Source: an uncultured virus (IMG/VR IMGVR_UViG_3300017782_000010) (Duplodnaviria; Heunggongvirae; Uroviricota; Caudoviricetes). From it: a DNA stretch of 64,000 nt. A program made the translations under genes and the position numbers. This document shows, piece by piece, positions 19,223-28,606 of this stretch. The stretch's first letter is position 1, and each line of letters begins with the position of its first letter. Location: the IMG/VR virus record IMGVR_UViG_3300017782_000010; one strand, written 5' to 3'. Under the pieces are notes generated by a model. That model was given only the letters and a program-made list of their open reading frames with translations, ran no database searches and was not told the origin of the DNA.

Positions 19223-19635
19223 TAACTTTTAAAGAATTATTTGAAGACGAAATCGAAGAGAAAGCAACGCCTGCTCAAATTATGCAGAATCGCAGAAAGA
19301 TGAGTAGACGTATGAAAATTCTTGCAAGGAAATCTTCTGTGAAGATGAAGAAGAAGAGAGCAAGAGTAAGACGCCGTGACCCAGAAGCGTTACAGGCGAT
19401 TGCAAAACGTCAAGCAAAACAGATGGTAATCAAACGTAGTTTAGGCCCAGATGTAAACTACAAAGAACTCCCTATGCAAAAACGAATTCAAATTGACCAG
19501 AAGATTGTGGCCAAGAAACGTAAAGTGATTGATAAGATTTCACAGAAGATTCTTAGGAAACTGAAGGCTGGTGAAGGCGAGAGAGTTAAACAGAACAAGG
19601 CCGCAATGGCAGGCCAAGATGCTGTGGGAGATTAG
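19219..19635 (+). CDS. Very basic protein, putative internal head protein
   Basis: MITFKELFEDEIEE leader then K/R-rich body. Confidence 0.6.
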   Translation: MITFKELFEDEIEEKATPAQIMQNRRKMSRRMKILARKSSVKMKKKRARVRRRDPEALQAIAKRQAKQMVIKRSLGPDVNYKELPMQKRIQIDQKIVAKKRKVIDKISQKILRKLKAGEGERVKQNKAAMAGQDAVGD

Positions 19636-19636
19636 A

Positions 19637-22492
19637 ATGAAAACTTTTAAAGAAGCAAGAGGTGACACCGCAGTATTTACATTTGGTAGATTTAATCCAC
19701 CAACAACTGGTCACGAAAAACTTATAGATGCACTGGCAAGAGAGCAGGGTAAGAACCCTGGCGCTCCTATGTATGTGTATCCATCACATTCACAGAACCC
19801 AAAGAAAGACCCCCTTCCACATAATAAGAAGGTTGCATACATGAAGAAGATGTTCTCAAAGTATAAGAAGAACATCAAAGTAAGTCGTGCAAGAAACGTA
19901 TTCGATATCGCAGTTGAACTTCATAACAAAGGTCACAAGGCGATTGTAATGGTTGTTGGTTCTGACAGAGTGGACGAATTTGACAACCTACTTAACAAAT
20001 ATAATGGTGAAGAAGGTAGACACGGTTTCTACGGATTCGATGATATTAAGGTAGTATCTGCTGGAGAACGTGACCCAGACGCAGACGGTGTAGAGGGAAT
20101 GTCTGCATCAAAGATGCGAGCTGCTGCTGTTAAAAATCAGTATAAAAATGTTGTTGATGCAAGAGGTAAAGTAACAGAATATGGTTTTGAATCTGGTCTT
20201 CCAAAAGGATTTACAGATGGTGAAAAACTTTTTGCTGATGTTCGTAAGTTCATGAACCTTAAAGAAGAGTTTAATCTTACGATGGAAGAACTGAATCGTG
20301 ACCTCTACATTCGTGGAGAGATTTGGAATGTCGGTGATGTTGTGAAAACAACTGATGGTGACGAAGGTACAATTATTCGCAAGGGTACAAACTATGTTGT
20401 GTTTGAGGATTTGAGAAAAGTGTGGTTACACAACCTTGAAGAGATTTCTGAAAAGTTTAAAGTTGGTGACAAGGTAAAGGCAAAAAAGGGTTCTATGTCA
20501 AGTGGGCAACGTCATTATGAACGTACCGTTGGAACTATTGTAAAAGACTACAAAGATGGTGATTTTAAAGTCAACTTTGGTGGTAATGACGATTTCTCTG
20601 TGCCTGGCAAACTATTAGTTAAAGAAGTCAAACAGGATAAAGATATCAAAGACAAAGAAGGAACACAACCAGCAAAGTATTATGCGAAGGATGCCGATGG
20701 TGATGAGATGTCAGTATCAACTAAGAAGGCAAGAGCAAGACACTTTGCAAAAGGTAAGTCTGGGCCCGCCCCAGGCGATGCAGATGCAGATACCAAACCA
20801 TCGAAACATACCAAGAAGTTCAAACAGATGTATGGTGAGACTGAAAACCCATGTTGGGATACTCACAAACAAGTTGGTATGAAAAAGAAGAATGGTAAGA
20901 TGGTGCCGAACTGTGTACCAAAAGAAGAAGTAATTATTGAGGCAGAGATGAAATGTCCGCCTGCAACTCAAGACCTCAAGATTAATACAAAGAACAGAGA
21001 TGCAACAATCAAGAACTTTAACTATGGCCCACTGAATGTTGATGAGCCAGGCGATTACTGGAAAGATATCGCAAAGTACTGGAAGACAACTGAGGAGGCC
21101 GCAAAGAAGTCACTCTGTGGAAACTGTGTTGCATTTGATATTTCACCACGCATGGATGAATGTATGCCAGGCGAAACATCTGATGATGATGGTCGTTTGG
21201 GTTATTGTTGGATGCACCATTTCAAGTGTCATTCTGCAAGGTCATGTCACACTTGGGCAAAAGGTGGCCCAATCAAAACTGACGAGAAATCATACGATTG
21301 GCAAGAACGTGCGAATATGAATGAAAGAAAACTCACTGATGGTGAGAAAGACAAACTCAAAGATTACGAAAAAGACATTTCTAAGAAAGACTTTATTGAC
21401 AGGTATGGTAAAGAAGAAGGTGAATCCATCTACTATGCAACTCTGACTAAGATGGCAAAACAGCACGCTGAAGAGATGCATGAAATGTCGATAGGTAAGA
21501 TTGTTCGTGATAAGATTTACAATATGACACATCCGAAAAAGATGGATAGTCTTGTGAAAGCATATGCAGACGCAGTTGCAGCAGACACCAAGAAAAGACA
21601 CGGAAACAGTTTTCATGCTGGTGAAGTAATCAGAAGAAGTAATGCTGAAAGACAAGGTGTTGACGTAAGACAACTTATGAGTTATATAAACTCACTTGTT
21701 AAAAAAGGTACTATTCCAGCAACACTGAAAGCACAGGATGAGATTGATGAAGAAATCTTAGATGAAAAGATTGCTGCACTTGTAAAGAAAGCAGAGAAGT
21801 CTGGTATGCCTTATGGTATTTTGAAGAAAGTATACGATAGAGGTATGGCCGCATACAAGACTGGACATAGACCAGGCGCCACTCCACAACAATGGGCACT
21901 TGCAAGAGTGAACTCATTTACTACAAAGAGTAAAGGTACTTGGGGTAAAGCAGACGCAGACCTCGCTGCAAAGGTTAGGGGTGAAACATACGAGATTGGT
22001 AAAGATTATGCAGACCATACTCGTAAGGTAACGCCTGGCCAGTCTGTAACTAAAGAATCAATTGACGAATGGTTTCTTGACGAATCTGTAAGAGATAAAT
22101 ATGTAGTAAGATACGGTGATGAGTGGTTGTCTAAATTGACAAAGACTTATCATGCAATGTTAGAAAAGGTTGAACCATGTTGTGATGATTGTGCAGACCA
22201 TTTTGACCACATTGTAGAACAAGCAGAGTATCAAGGTAAAAAAGTAAAACTGAATGACCCAATTCGCACAAGTGAAAATCCTAACAAGAAGTTTAAGGTT
22301 TATGTGAAGAATGAAAAAGGAAAGGTCGTAGTGGTTCGTTTTGGTGACCCAAATATGGCCATCAATCGTGATGACCCAAAAAGAAGAAAGTCATTTCGTG
22401 CGAGACACAACTGCGATGACCCAGGCCCGAAAACGAAAGCAAGATATTGGAGTTGTTTCCAATGGCGTGCTGGTGCAAAAGTCGATAACTAA
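19637..22492 (+). CDS. Cytidylyltransferase-like (HIGH) domain multi-module protein, 951 aa
   Basis: MKTFKE start; FGRFNPPTTGHEKL, VVGSDR, MSASKMR; many small modules joined by acidic linkers. Confidence 0.8.
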   Translation: MKTFKEARGDTAVFTFGRFNPPTTGHEKLIDALAREQGKNPGAPMYVYPSHSQNPKKDPLPHNKKVAYMKKMFSKYKKNIKVSRARNVFDIAVELHNKGHKAIVMVVGSDRVDEFDNLLNKYNGEEGRHGFYGFDDIKVVSAGERDPDADGVEGMSASKMRAAAVKNQYKNVVDARGKVTEYGFESGLPKGFTDGEKLFADVRKFMNLKEEFNLTMEELNRDLYIRGEIWNVGDVVKTTDGDEGTIIRKGTNYVVFEDLRKVWLHNLEEISEKFKVGDKVKAKKGSMSSGQRHYERTVGTIVKDYKDGDFKVNFGGNDDFSVPGKLLVKEVKQDKDIKDKEGTQPAKYYAKDADGDEMSVSTKKARARHFAKGKSGPAPGDADADTKPSKHTKKFKQMYGETENPCWDTHKQVGMKKKNGKMVPNCVPKEEVIIEAEMKCPPATQDLKINTKNRDATIKNFNYGPLNVDEPGDYWKDIAKYWKTTEEAAKKSLCGNCVAFDISPRMDECMPGETSDDDGRLGYCWMHHFKCHSARSCHTWAKGGPIKTDEKSYDWQERANMNERKLTDGEKDKLKDYEKDISKKDFIDRYGKEEGESIYYATLTKMAKQHAEEMHEMSIGKIVRDKIYNMTHPKKMDSLVKAYADAVAADTKKRHGNSFHAGEVIRRSNAERQGVDVRQLMSYINSLVKKGTIPATLKAQDEIDEEILDEKIAALVKKAEKSGMPYGILKKVYDRGMAAYKTGHRPGATPQQWALARVNSFTTKSKGTWGKADADLAAKVRGETYEIGKDYADHTRKVTPGQSVTKESIDEWFLDESVRDKYVVRYGDEWLSKLTKTYHAMLEKVEPCCDDCADHFDHIVEQAEYQGKKVKLNDPIRTSENPNKKFKVYVKNEKGKVVVVRFGDPNMAINRDDPKRRKSFRARHNCDDPGPKTKARYWSCFQWRAGAKVDN

Positions 22493-22503
22493 AGGAAAAC
22501 AAA

Positions 22504-23634
22504 ATGAGATATGGAAAAAGCATGAGTGAAGCCCTTGCCGAGATATCAGAGGGGTTCTCAAAAAAAGAAATTAAAATGGCAATTGGTGTTGCATCTGACC
22601 CACGTTACAAACAGGGTAATTATACTGGTGCAGTAAACGCCATTGAGAAAATCAAAAAAGGATTATCAAAACACAAACAGGTTGCTGCCGTTTTGAAAAG
22701 ACAGAATGAGGATGTCCAAGAGAGTGGTCATACTGATGTTGCGTCTGCAAAAAACCAAGTAAAGGTAGCCATGTCTGCATTGCAGAAGATGGAAACAGAA
22801 CTTGGTAAATTGAGTGACGAAGATTCACTTCCTACATGGTGGACAAACAAGGTTGCAATCGCAGTTGATAAACTGGACGGAATGGCAGATTACCTTGACA
22901 CACAAGTAGAGGAAGTCGAACTTGATGAAATGAAAGAACCATTCGTAGTTGTTGATACTGCTGATGGTAACAAGGTTGTCGGTACTGCATCTTCTGAGAA
23001 GGGTGCAAAAGAGATTATCACAACTGCACAATTACCACCTATGAAAATCAAAGACAAGAAGACTTTGAAGATTGTTAAGGTGAAGAAGAAACAAGATATT
23101 GGTTATCCCTTGAAAGAAGAAACTGAACTTGATGAAGGTAAGATGAAAGACCGTCTAATGAAGGCACAAGACCTCATGGGCCCATCTAAAAATAGAGAAC
23201 AGGGTATCGAATTTGTGATGAAGGGTTTAAAGGTTTCAAAGAAAGAAGCAACTAAACTTGTTGATGCAGTTCTAGATATGATGATGAATAATGAAGTTGA
23301 AATTGACGAGATGAAAATGGATGACCCTAAGTTGAATAAAATATTCGACAAACTCAAAAAAGGTGATACTGTAAAACTCAAAACTAGTTCTACAATCAGT
23401 AAAGGTAAAGACTTTGTTGATTATGTTGTGAAAGCAAAGAACACAGTAAACAAAGGAAGAGTTGAAAAGATTACTCTTGTAACTAAGGGTAACGAGAATG
23501 CTGTCAAGAAGTTCCTATACAAAAGAGATGGTAAGGTAACATTTGCCATTGGTGATATGGGTGCATCTATTGATGATATCAAAGAAAATAAAATGTCAGC
23601 GTATACTGCTGCTATAACTAAAGGAGTCAAATGA
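22504..23634 (+). CDS. Multi-module putative internal head protein
   Basis: Repeated linkers VEEVELDE, EETELDE, NEVEIDE. Confidence 0.65.
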   Translation: MRYGKSMSEALAEISEGFSKKEIKMAIGVASDPRYKQGNYTGAVNAIEKIKKGLSKHKQVAAVLKRQNEDVQESGHTDVASAKNQVKVAMSALQKMETELGKLSDEDSLPTWWTNKVAIAVDKLDGMADYLDTQVEEVELDEMKEPFVVVDTADGNKVVGTASSEKGAKEIITTAQLPPMKIKDKKTLKIVKVKKKQDIGYPLKEETELDEGKMKDRLMKAQDLMGPSKNREQGIEFVMKGLKVSKKEATKLVDAVLDMMMNNEVEIDEMKMDDPKLNKIFDKLKKGDTVKLKTSSTISKGKDFVDYVVKAKNTVNKGRVEKITLVTKGNENAVKKFLYKRDGKVTFAIGDMGASIDDIKENKMSAYTAAITKGVK

Positions 23635-24506
23635 TGTCAAAATATTTTGATACAAAACCTGGCAGTCTAGAAGAAGCCGTATCCGCTGCTCAACAGGCTG
23701 CAATCGCCATTTCCAAAAAGGAAAAGGGTGAGAAACCAAAGAACGAAGACCAAGGACAGTTTTCTTTCGTTGCCTCACAAGCAAAGAAAAATGGTGAAAA
23801 GAAATTCAATTTTGCCGGTAAAGAATTTGAAGTAGAAAAAGTAGAATGTCCTAAGTGTGAAGGTAAAGGATGTGACCATTGCGAAGGTAAAGGTTACCAC
23901 GAAGAAGGATTTTCTCTTGATGAACAGATGAGAGTATTCAGAGTTTCTTCAAACAAACTGCAAGGTAATGTCCACGCAAAGGATGAAAAAGAAGCAGAAA
24001 AAATCTTTAGAAAAAAAGGTGCAAAAGGAAAGATTACTATCACTGACAGAGGCCCAGCCAAAGGTCAACCTAGATTGGTAAATGACTTTGAACCTGTAGG
24101 AGAAACCAACAAGAACGACAAGTCTGATGACGGTGACGGTCTTGATGCAGTTCAACCAGACGCTGTTAAGAAGAAGTTCAAAGACCGTAAGGACAAGGAC
24201 ATTGACAACGATGGTGATGTAGATTCTTCAGACAAGTTTTTACATAAAAGACGTAAGGCAGTTTCAAAGGCCATGAAGGGTGAATCTGTAATCAGAAATG
24301 TTGCAGAGACAATCATGCAAATGTGGGTTGATGAAGCAAAGAAGAATGAATCACAAGACATGGAACAAGACAAAGATGGTGATGGCATGGATGATGATGG
24401 TAAAGCGAAGAAGACAAAAGAGAAGACTGACTCTGGTAAAGAAATGACACCAGTAGAAACTTCTGTCAAAATGCCTAAAGTAAAGAATGAGAAGAACAAA
24501 GTCTAG
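23631..24506 (+). CDS. Multi-module putative internal head protein
   Basis: CPKCEGKGCDHCEGKG zinc-finger repeat, DIDNDGDVD Ca-loop-like motif, acidic/basic tracts. Confidence 0.65.
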   Translation: MMSKYFDTKPGSLEEAVSAAQQAAIAISKKEKGEKPKNEDQGQFSFVASQAKKNGEKKFNFAGKEFEVEKVECPKCEGKGCDHCEGKGYHEEGFSLDEQMRVFRVSSNKLQGNVHAKDEKEAEKIFRKKGAKGKITITDRGPAKGQPRLVNDFEPVGETNKNDKSDDGDGLDAVQPDAVKKKFKDRKDKDIDNDGDVDSSDKFLHKRRKAVSKAMKGESVIRNVAETIMQMWVDEAKKNESQDMEQDKDGDGMDDDGKAKKTKEKTDSGKEMTPVETSVKMPKVKNEKNKV

Positions 24507-25033
24507 TGAAACGGTTTGATGAAGTATATAATTTGGTGGCGGAAGAAAACGAAGAACTTCCAACCATCTATTGCGACATGGATATGGTTCTCTGTGATTT
24601 CCTCAAAGGTGCTGAGAAAGTTTTAGGAGTACCATTTCCAAAAGCAGATAAAAGGGAGAAATGGATTAAGATTTCTTCCACCAAAGACTTTTGGGCCAAT
24701 CTTGAATGGATGATGGGTGCCCAAAGAATGTGGTCGTTCATAAACAAATATGACGCACATATTCTGTCTGCATATTCTAATAATGACCCAAACAGTCGTA
24801 AGGGTAAACTTGCATGGTTAAAAAAGAATGCGAAACTTTCAAAGAAATCTCGTATTCATTTGGTTATGAGGGCAGACAAACAAAAGTATGCTATGATTAA
24901 TGGTAAGGCGAACTTACTAATTGATGATTATATTAAAAATATTCACGAATGGGAAGCAAAGGGTGGAATTGGGGTACATCATACGTCACCTTCTGAAACA
25001 CTTGCAGAACTGAAGAGATTAGGTTTCAAATAA
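24506..25033 (+). CDS. HAD-family 5'(3')-nucleotidase-like phosphatase
   Basis: YCDMDMVLCDF motif I, LLIDD, WEAKGGIG. Confidence 0.8.
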   Translation: MKRFDEVYNLVAEENEELPTIYCDMDMVLCDFLKGAEKVLGVPFPKADKREKWIKISSTKDFWANLEWMMGAQRMWSFINKYDAHILSAYSNNDPNSRKGKLAWLKKNAKLSKKSRIHLVMRADKQKYAMINGKANLLIDDYIKNIHEWEAKGGIGVHHTSPSETLAELKRLGFK

Positions 25034-25072
25034 CATAAATAGAAGAGTAAATAACTCAATAGGAGAAAACAA

Positions 25073-25699
25073 ATGGCTTTATGGGGAAAAGCTCATGCAA
25101 GTGCAGATAACAAACCAAAGTACTTGCCTGAGGACGAAAACTCAAATTATACCAAAGGTAATGTATTCGCCAATCAATCTGGTTGGGTAGTACAGGCGGG
25201 AACTGCTGCCTCTGGTAACGACAACGCTAGTGCAACACCAGAAGTTCTGGTTGCAATTGGTGGTCTTGCTGGTGCAACTGACACTACTGGTCTGAGGGCA
25301 CCTACAATCACTGACATGAGATTTGTTATTGGTTCAACTGCTACAACCGACTTGACTGCTGGTTCATCTGCACAAACTATTACTGTAGAAATCACTTATG
25401 ACGAACAAGTAACAGTTGCAGGCAACCCAACAGTTGCAGTTGCTAACGGTAACGAAGGAACAGGTTCAGGCAGAGGCCCATACACATTGGTCTACACTGG
25501 AACAGGTTCTACTGCAAACAGACTTAGATTCACTCTTGCGTCACAGACAATCGCTGCAGATGACGTATTGACACTTGGTGGTTCTAACATTGCACTTGCT
25601 GGTGGTACAATTTCAGATACAGTACGGGGCGGTACTAACCAAGCTGCTTCATTAGTACTTTCTGGTCTGACTGCCGTAACGCATACAGTACTTGCATAA
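25073..25699 (+). CDS. Virion structural protein (MALWG-type, Ig-like C-terminus)
   Basis: G/T/A-rich beta sequence; CATAAATA late-type promoter at 25034-25041. Confidence 0.65.
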   Translation: MALWGKAHASADNKPKYLPEDENSNYTKGNVFANQSGWVVQAGTAASGNDNASATPEVLVAIGGLAGATDTTGLRAPTITDMRFVIGSTATTDLTAGSSAQTITVEITYDEQVTVAGNPTVAVANGNEGTGSGRGPYTLVYTGTGSTANRLRFTLASQTIAADDVLTLGGSNIALAGGTISDTVRGGTNQAASLVLSGLTAVTHTVLA

Positions 25700-25733
25700 G
25701 TAATTATATAATTTTAAATCATGGAGATATAAT

Positions 25734-26003
25734 ATGTCAGCATTGACTGAAACTGAAATTAATATTAGAAAACAGACGTTGGATGCAGAACTTGCTCAAC
25801 ACAAGTCTGCACTCAACAAACTGGAACAGGACAAACAGAATATCACTGCACAGATTTATGCTGTCAGTGGTGCAATTCAACAGTGTGACTTGTTCCTACA
25901 ACAACTTAATGGTGGTAACGACAAAGATGTTACCAGTAGCATTCCATCTGAACCCAAGAAGAAAAAGGGTTCAAACGATGTCGCCGCAGCGGTGATGAGT
26001 TGA
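25734..26003 (+). CDS. Coiled-coil hypothetical protein
   Basis: Heptad pattern, AVSGAIQQCD motif; RBS GGAG. Confidence 0.6.
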   Translation: MSALTETEINIRKQTLDAELAQHKSALNKLEQDKQNITAQIYAVSGAIQQCDLFLQQLNGGNDKDVTSSIPSEPKKKKGSNDVAAAVMS

Positions 26004-26023
26004 TGGTTTATAGGAGAAAATAA

Positions 26024-26503
26024 ATGGCCGATAAGAAAATTACAGCGTTATCAGATTTAGGTAATGGAATTGCATCTGAGGATTTACTTCATGTAATTGA
26101 TGACCCATCTGGTACGCCAGTTAACAAAAAGATTAGTGTTGCGAATCTGTTCAATAACATTCCAACCTACATTGCGTTGGATGGTACTGCACAGTCTATT
26201 ACAGGCAGTACAGCGCCAAATACAACCACTTCAATTTCACTCGTAGACTTGAGTGGAGTTTCTTCAAGTACAACTGCAACTGGAACTTTAGGTGACGGTA
26301 CAAATGGTCAAGTCAAGATTATTGTCATGACTACAGCACCATCAACAAGTTCCACATATAACTTGACAGTAACAAATTGGGGTAGTACTGGAACTGGTAC
26401 TAATCAAGTGCGATTAAATGCAATTGGTGAATCTGCAACTCTGTTATTTACTAACAGTAAGTGGTATGCAATTGCAAGTAATGGTGCTGGTGTAATTAAC
26501 TAA
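26024..26503 (+). CDS. Probable virion structural/fibre-associated protein
   Basis: MADKKITALSDL N-terminus, T/S/G-rich. Confidence 0.6.
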   Translation: MADKKITALSDLGNGIASEDLLHVIDDPSGTPVNKKISVANLFNNIPTYIALDGTAQSITGSTAPNTTTSISLVDLSGVSSSTTATGTLGDGTNGQVKIIVMTTAPSTSSTYNLTVTNWGSTGTGTNQVRLNAIGESATLLFTNSKWYAIASNGAGVIN

Positions 26504-26513
26504 GGAGTAAATT

Positions 26514-26693
26514 ATGGAAGCAGTAAGATATGGAGCCGGTGGCGTACCTATGGTTAACCAAGAAAAAAGAGTTGAACCTGTTGCAAAACCAGCAAAAACT
26601 AAAAAGAAACAAGAGACTCTTCAAGAGATTCTTGAAGTTAATCCAAACGAAGATGATGGATTTGACGAAGAAGTAACAGGGGAAAAAGAATGA
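26514..26693 (+). CDS. Hypothetical 59 aa protein (not in ORF track)
   Basis: MEAVRYGAGGVPM...; RBS AAGGAG; stop overlaps next ATG. Confidence 0.6.
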   Translation: MEAVRYGAGGVPMVNQEKRVEPVAKPAKTKKKQETLQEILEVNPNEDDGFDEEVTGEKE

Positions 26694-27097
26694 AAACCTT
26701 TAAACAGTATATGAAAGAAGCCCCCCATCCAGCAGACGGTGATAACCCTGTTGATGGTGACATGATGTTGGGTGACTTGTCCAGCGATGCAGTAGTCGAA
26801 AGATTGAATGCATTTGTTGGTGCGATTGCAGATAGAGAATATCTCAATCCAGAAAAAGCAGTCGCAGAGATGAGACAAAAACTCATGAGAGTGGGCATTC
26901 ATTTTGGTGACGTTCAGTTTACTGAAGGGAGTGGAGAGATTTCTGTTCCTCTTATTCAGTATGGTGGTGCATTTGGTAAAAGTGCAGAGACACCAATTGA
27001 TGAGTTTGATGACCAACAAGAGAGTGGAAGGTCATTGAATTTTGTGTACGAAAGAACAGGTGGGGGAACGCATAGAATTTTAGCAAAGATTATGTAA
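26690..27097 (+). CDS. Putative internal head protein
   Basis: MKTFKQYMKE capsid-targeting-like N-terminus. Confidence 0.6.
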   Translation: MKTFKQYMKEAPHPADGDNPVDGDMMLGDLSSDAVVERLNAFVGAIADREYLNPEKAVAEMRQKLMRVGIHFGDVQFTEGSGEISVPLIQYGGAFGKSAETPIDEFDDQQESGRSLNFVYERTGGGTHRILAKIM

Positions 27098-27098
27098 T

Positions 27099-27461
27099 AT
27101 GTTTGAGAAAATAACCAATGAGAATGTGATGTTGTTTGCACTGAAACATTACGACAATCCACAGTGCGAAGGCGAGAAAGAATTTCATGATGATATGAAG
27201 AGGTTCAAGTATATAAAGAGATTACTCAAAAAATATACAGACCACGGAGTATTAAAAGAACGGTTATTACTTAATCACATAATTGTGTTAAATAATGTGT
27301 TCGGGCCAGATGCTACATCGACACTCTTGTTATTCAAGATTGAACCGAAGTACTGGTCACAGTTAAAGTCTTTCATGAGTTTTTTGGGTATACTCCCAGA
27401 ACAAGAACTTTTAGATGTACACGAAGATTTATATGTGTCAGGCGTTTTAAGGAAACTATAA
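27099..27461 (+). CDS. Conserved T4-like hypothetical protein
   Basis: YDNPQC..EF.DD.KRFKYIKRL, LKERLLLNHII motifs. Confidence 0.7.
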   Translation: MFEKITNENVMLFALKHYDNPQCEGEKEFHDDMKRFKYIKRLLKKYTDHGVLKERLLLNHIIVLNNVFGPDATSTLLLFKIEPKYWSQLKSFMSFLGILPEQELLDVHEDLYVSGVLRKL

Positions 27462-28099
27462 TGGGTAGAGCGATAGATTTATTTGTAACGTATAGGTTTA
27501 TTAAGTTACTTGTGACTCCGTTTGAAAAGACGGAGGCGTATAAACTTGGTGTTATTGATGAAAAAGGTAATCGTATTCTGGAGCCAGGTACGAACAAACC
27601 CACAATACTAAGAACAATTGATGAGAAGAATTCATACACTGTTCTACACAAATTAGTTTTCAACATTAAAAAGTTGTTTGCAAAGGTGCCCGGCCTGCGT
27701 ACTAAGGTTGGTACATATGCATCTGCATTGTTTTTATTGAAAGATACTTTCAAAGAAGAAGTTGATGACCCCCAGATGTTTGAAAAAGAATTCCTCAAGT
27801 ATCTAAAAGAAAATGGATATGAACTTGACGATACTATTGTAGAAGAGGTAACACTAGAGGATGGTAAGTTACCAAAAGGTATATATAAATTAACACAGGA
27901 TATTGCATTTGATGAGGAAGATGCAAATACGCCAGACGCATTAGAAGGTGATGAGGTACAAGCATTTGAAGCAATCGCACCAACTGATACTATCTTAGGA
28001 GTAGATGTATTCCCTGTAATTCATATGCCAACACAGAGTAAAATCTTTGTCAGTGCAGAGGATATCAAAGAAGTAGGAATCGAGGATTTAGAACTATGA
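27461..28099 (+). CDS. Conserved T4-like hypothetical protein
   Basis: YRFIKLLVTPFEKTEAYKLGVIDEKG motif. Confidence 0.7.
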   Translation: MGRAIDLFVTYRFIKLLVTPFEKTEAYKLGVIDEKGNRILEPGTNKPTILRTIDEKNSYTVLHKLVFNIKKLFAKVPGLRTKVGTYASALFLLKDTFKEEVDDPQMFEKEFLKYLKENGYELDDTIVEEVTLEDGKLPKGIYKLTQDIAFDEEDANTPDALEGDEVQAFEAIAPTDTILGVDVFPVIHMPTQSKIFVSAEDIKEVGIEDLEL

Positions 28100-28602
28100 G
28101 TTTAAAATTTCAAGACATCATGAAAAATTTCTACAATGATGAGACATTGGGCATTAAGACAGAAGATGCCCCGGCCATGAACACTGGTGCAGTCGCTGGT
28201 GCTGGTGATGATGCCTCAACGGTTGTAGTCAAAAAGAAAAAGAAAAATATGTACGATGGTCGTACTAAAGAAGCAAGGTCGTTCTTAAAACGAATGGAAA
28301 CGCTTCGTGCAAAGAGAGAATCTAAAATTGCAAAGACAGTAAAAGAGAATACTGAGAACTTTGGAGTTGAGTATCTTCTTGCAGAGGATAATGTTGCAAT
28401 CTTACAGAACATCGTCAAAAGAAAACAGAACAACAAAATCAAGATGAAGGATGGTACAATGCGTATTGACCTTTTCACTGCATCTGCATTGACGCAGGCT
28501 CTTGACCAAGTTAAACCAGACACCAAAAAGAAAATGATGGATATCATTAACAAAGGTGGTAAATCACAATTGATGAAACTGGTATCTGTAGTTATGAAGT
28601 AA
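28096..28602 (+). CDS. Hypothetical protein, putative internal head protein
   Basis: IKTE/DAPAMN..YDGRTKE; second module after LAE. Confidence 0.55.
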   Translation: MSLKFQDIMKNFYNDETLGIKTEDAPAMNTGAVAGAGDDASTVVVKKKKKNMYDGRTKEARSFLKRMETLRAKRESKIAKTVKENTENFGVEYLLAEDNVAILQNIVKRKQNNKIKMKDGTMRIDLFTASALTQALDQVKPDTKKKMMDIINKGGKSQLMKLVSVVMK

Positions 28603-28606
28603 TGTC

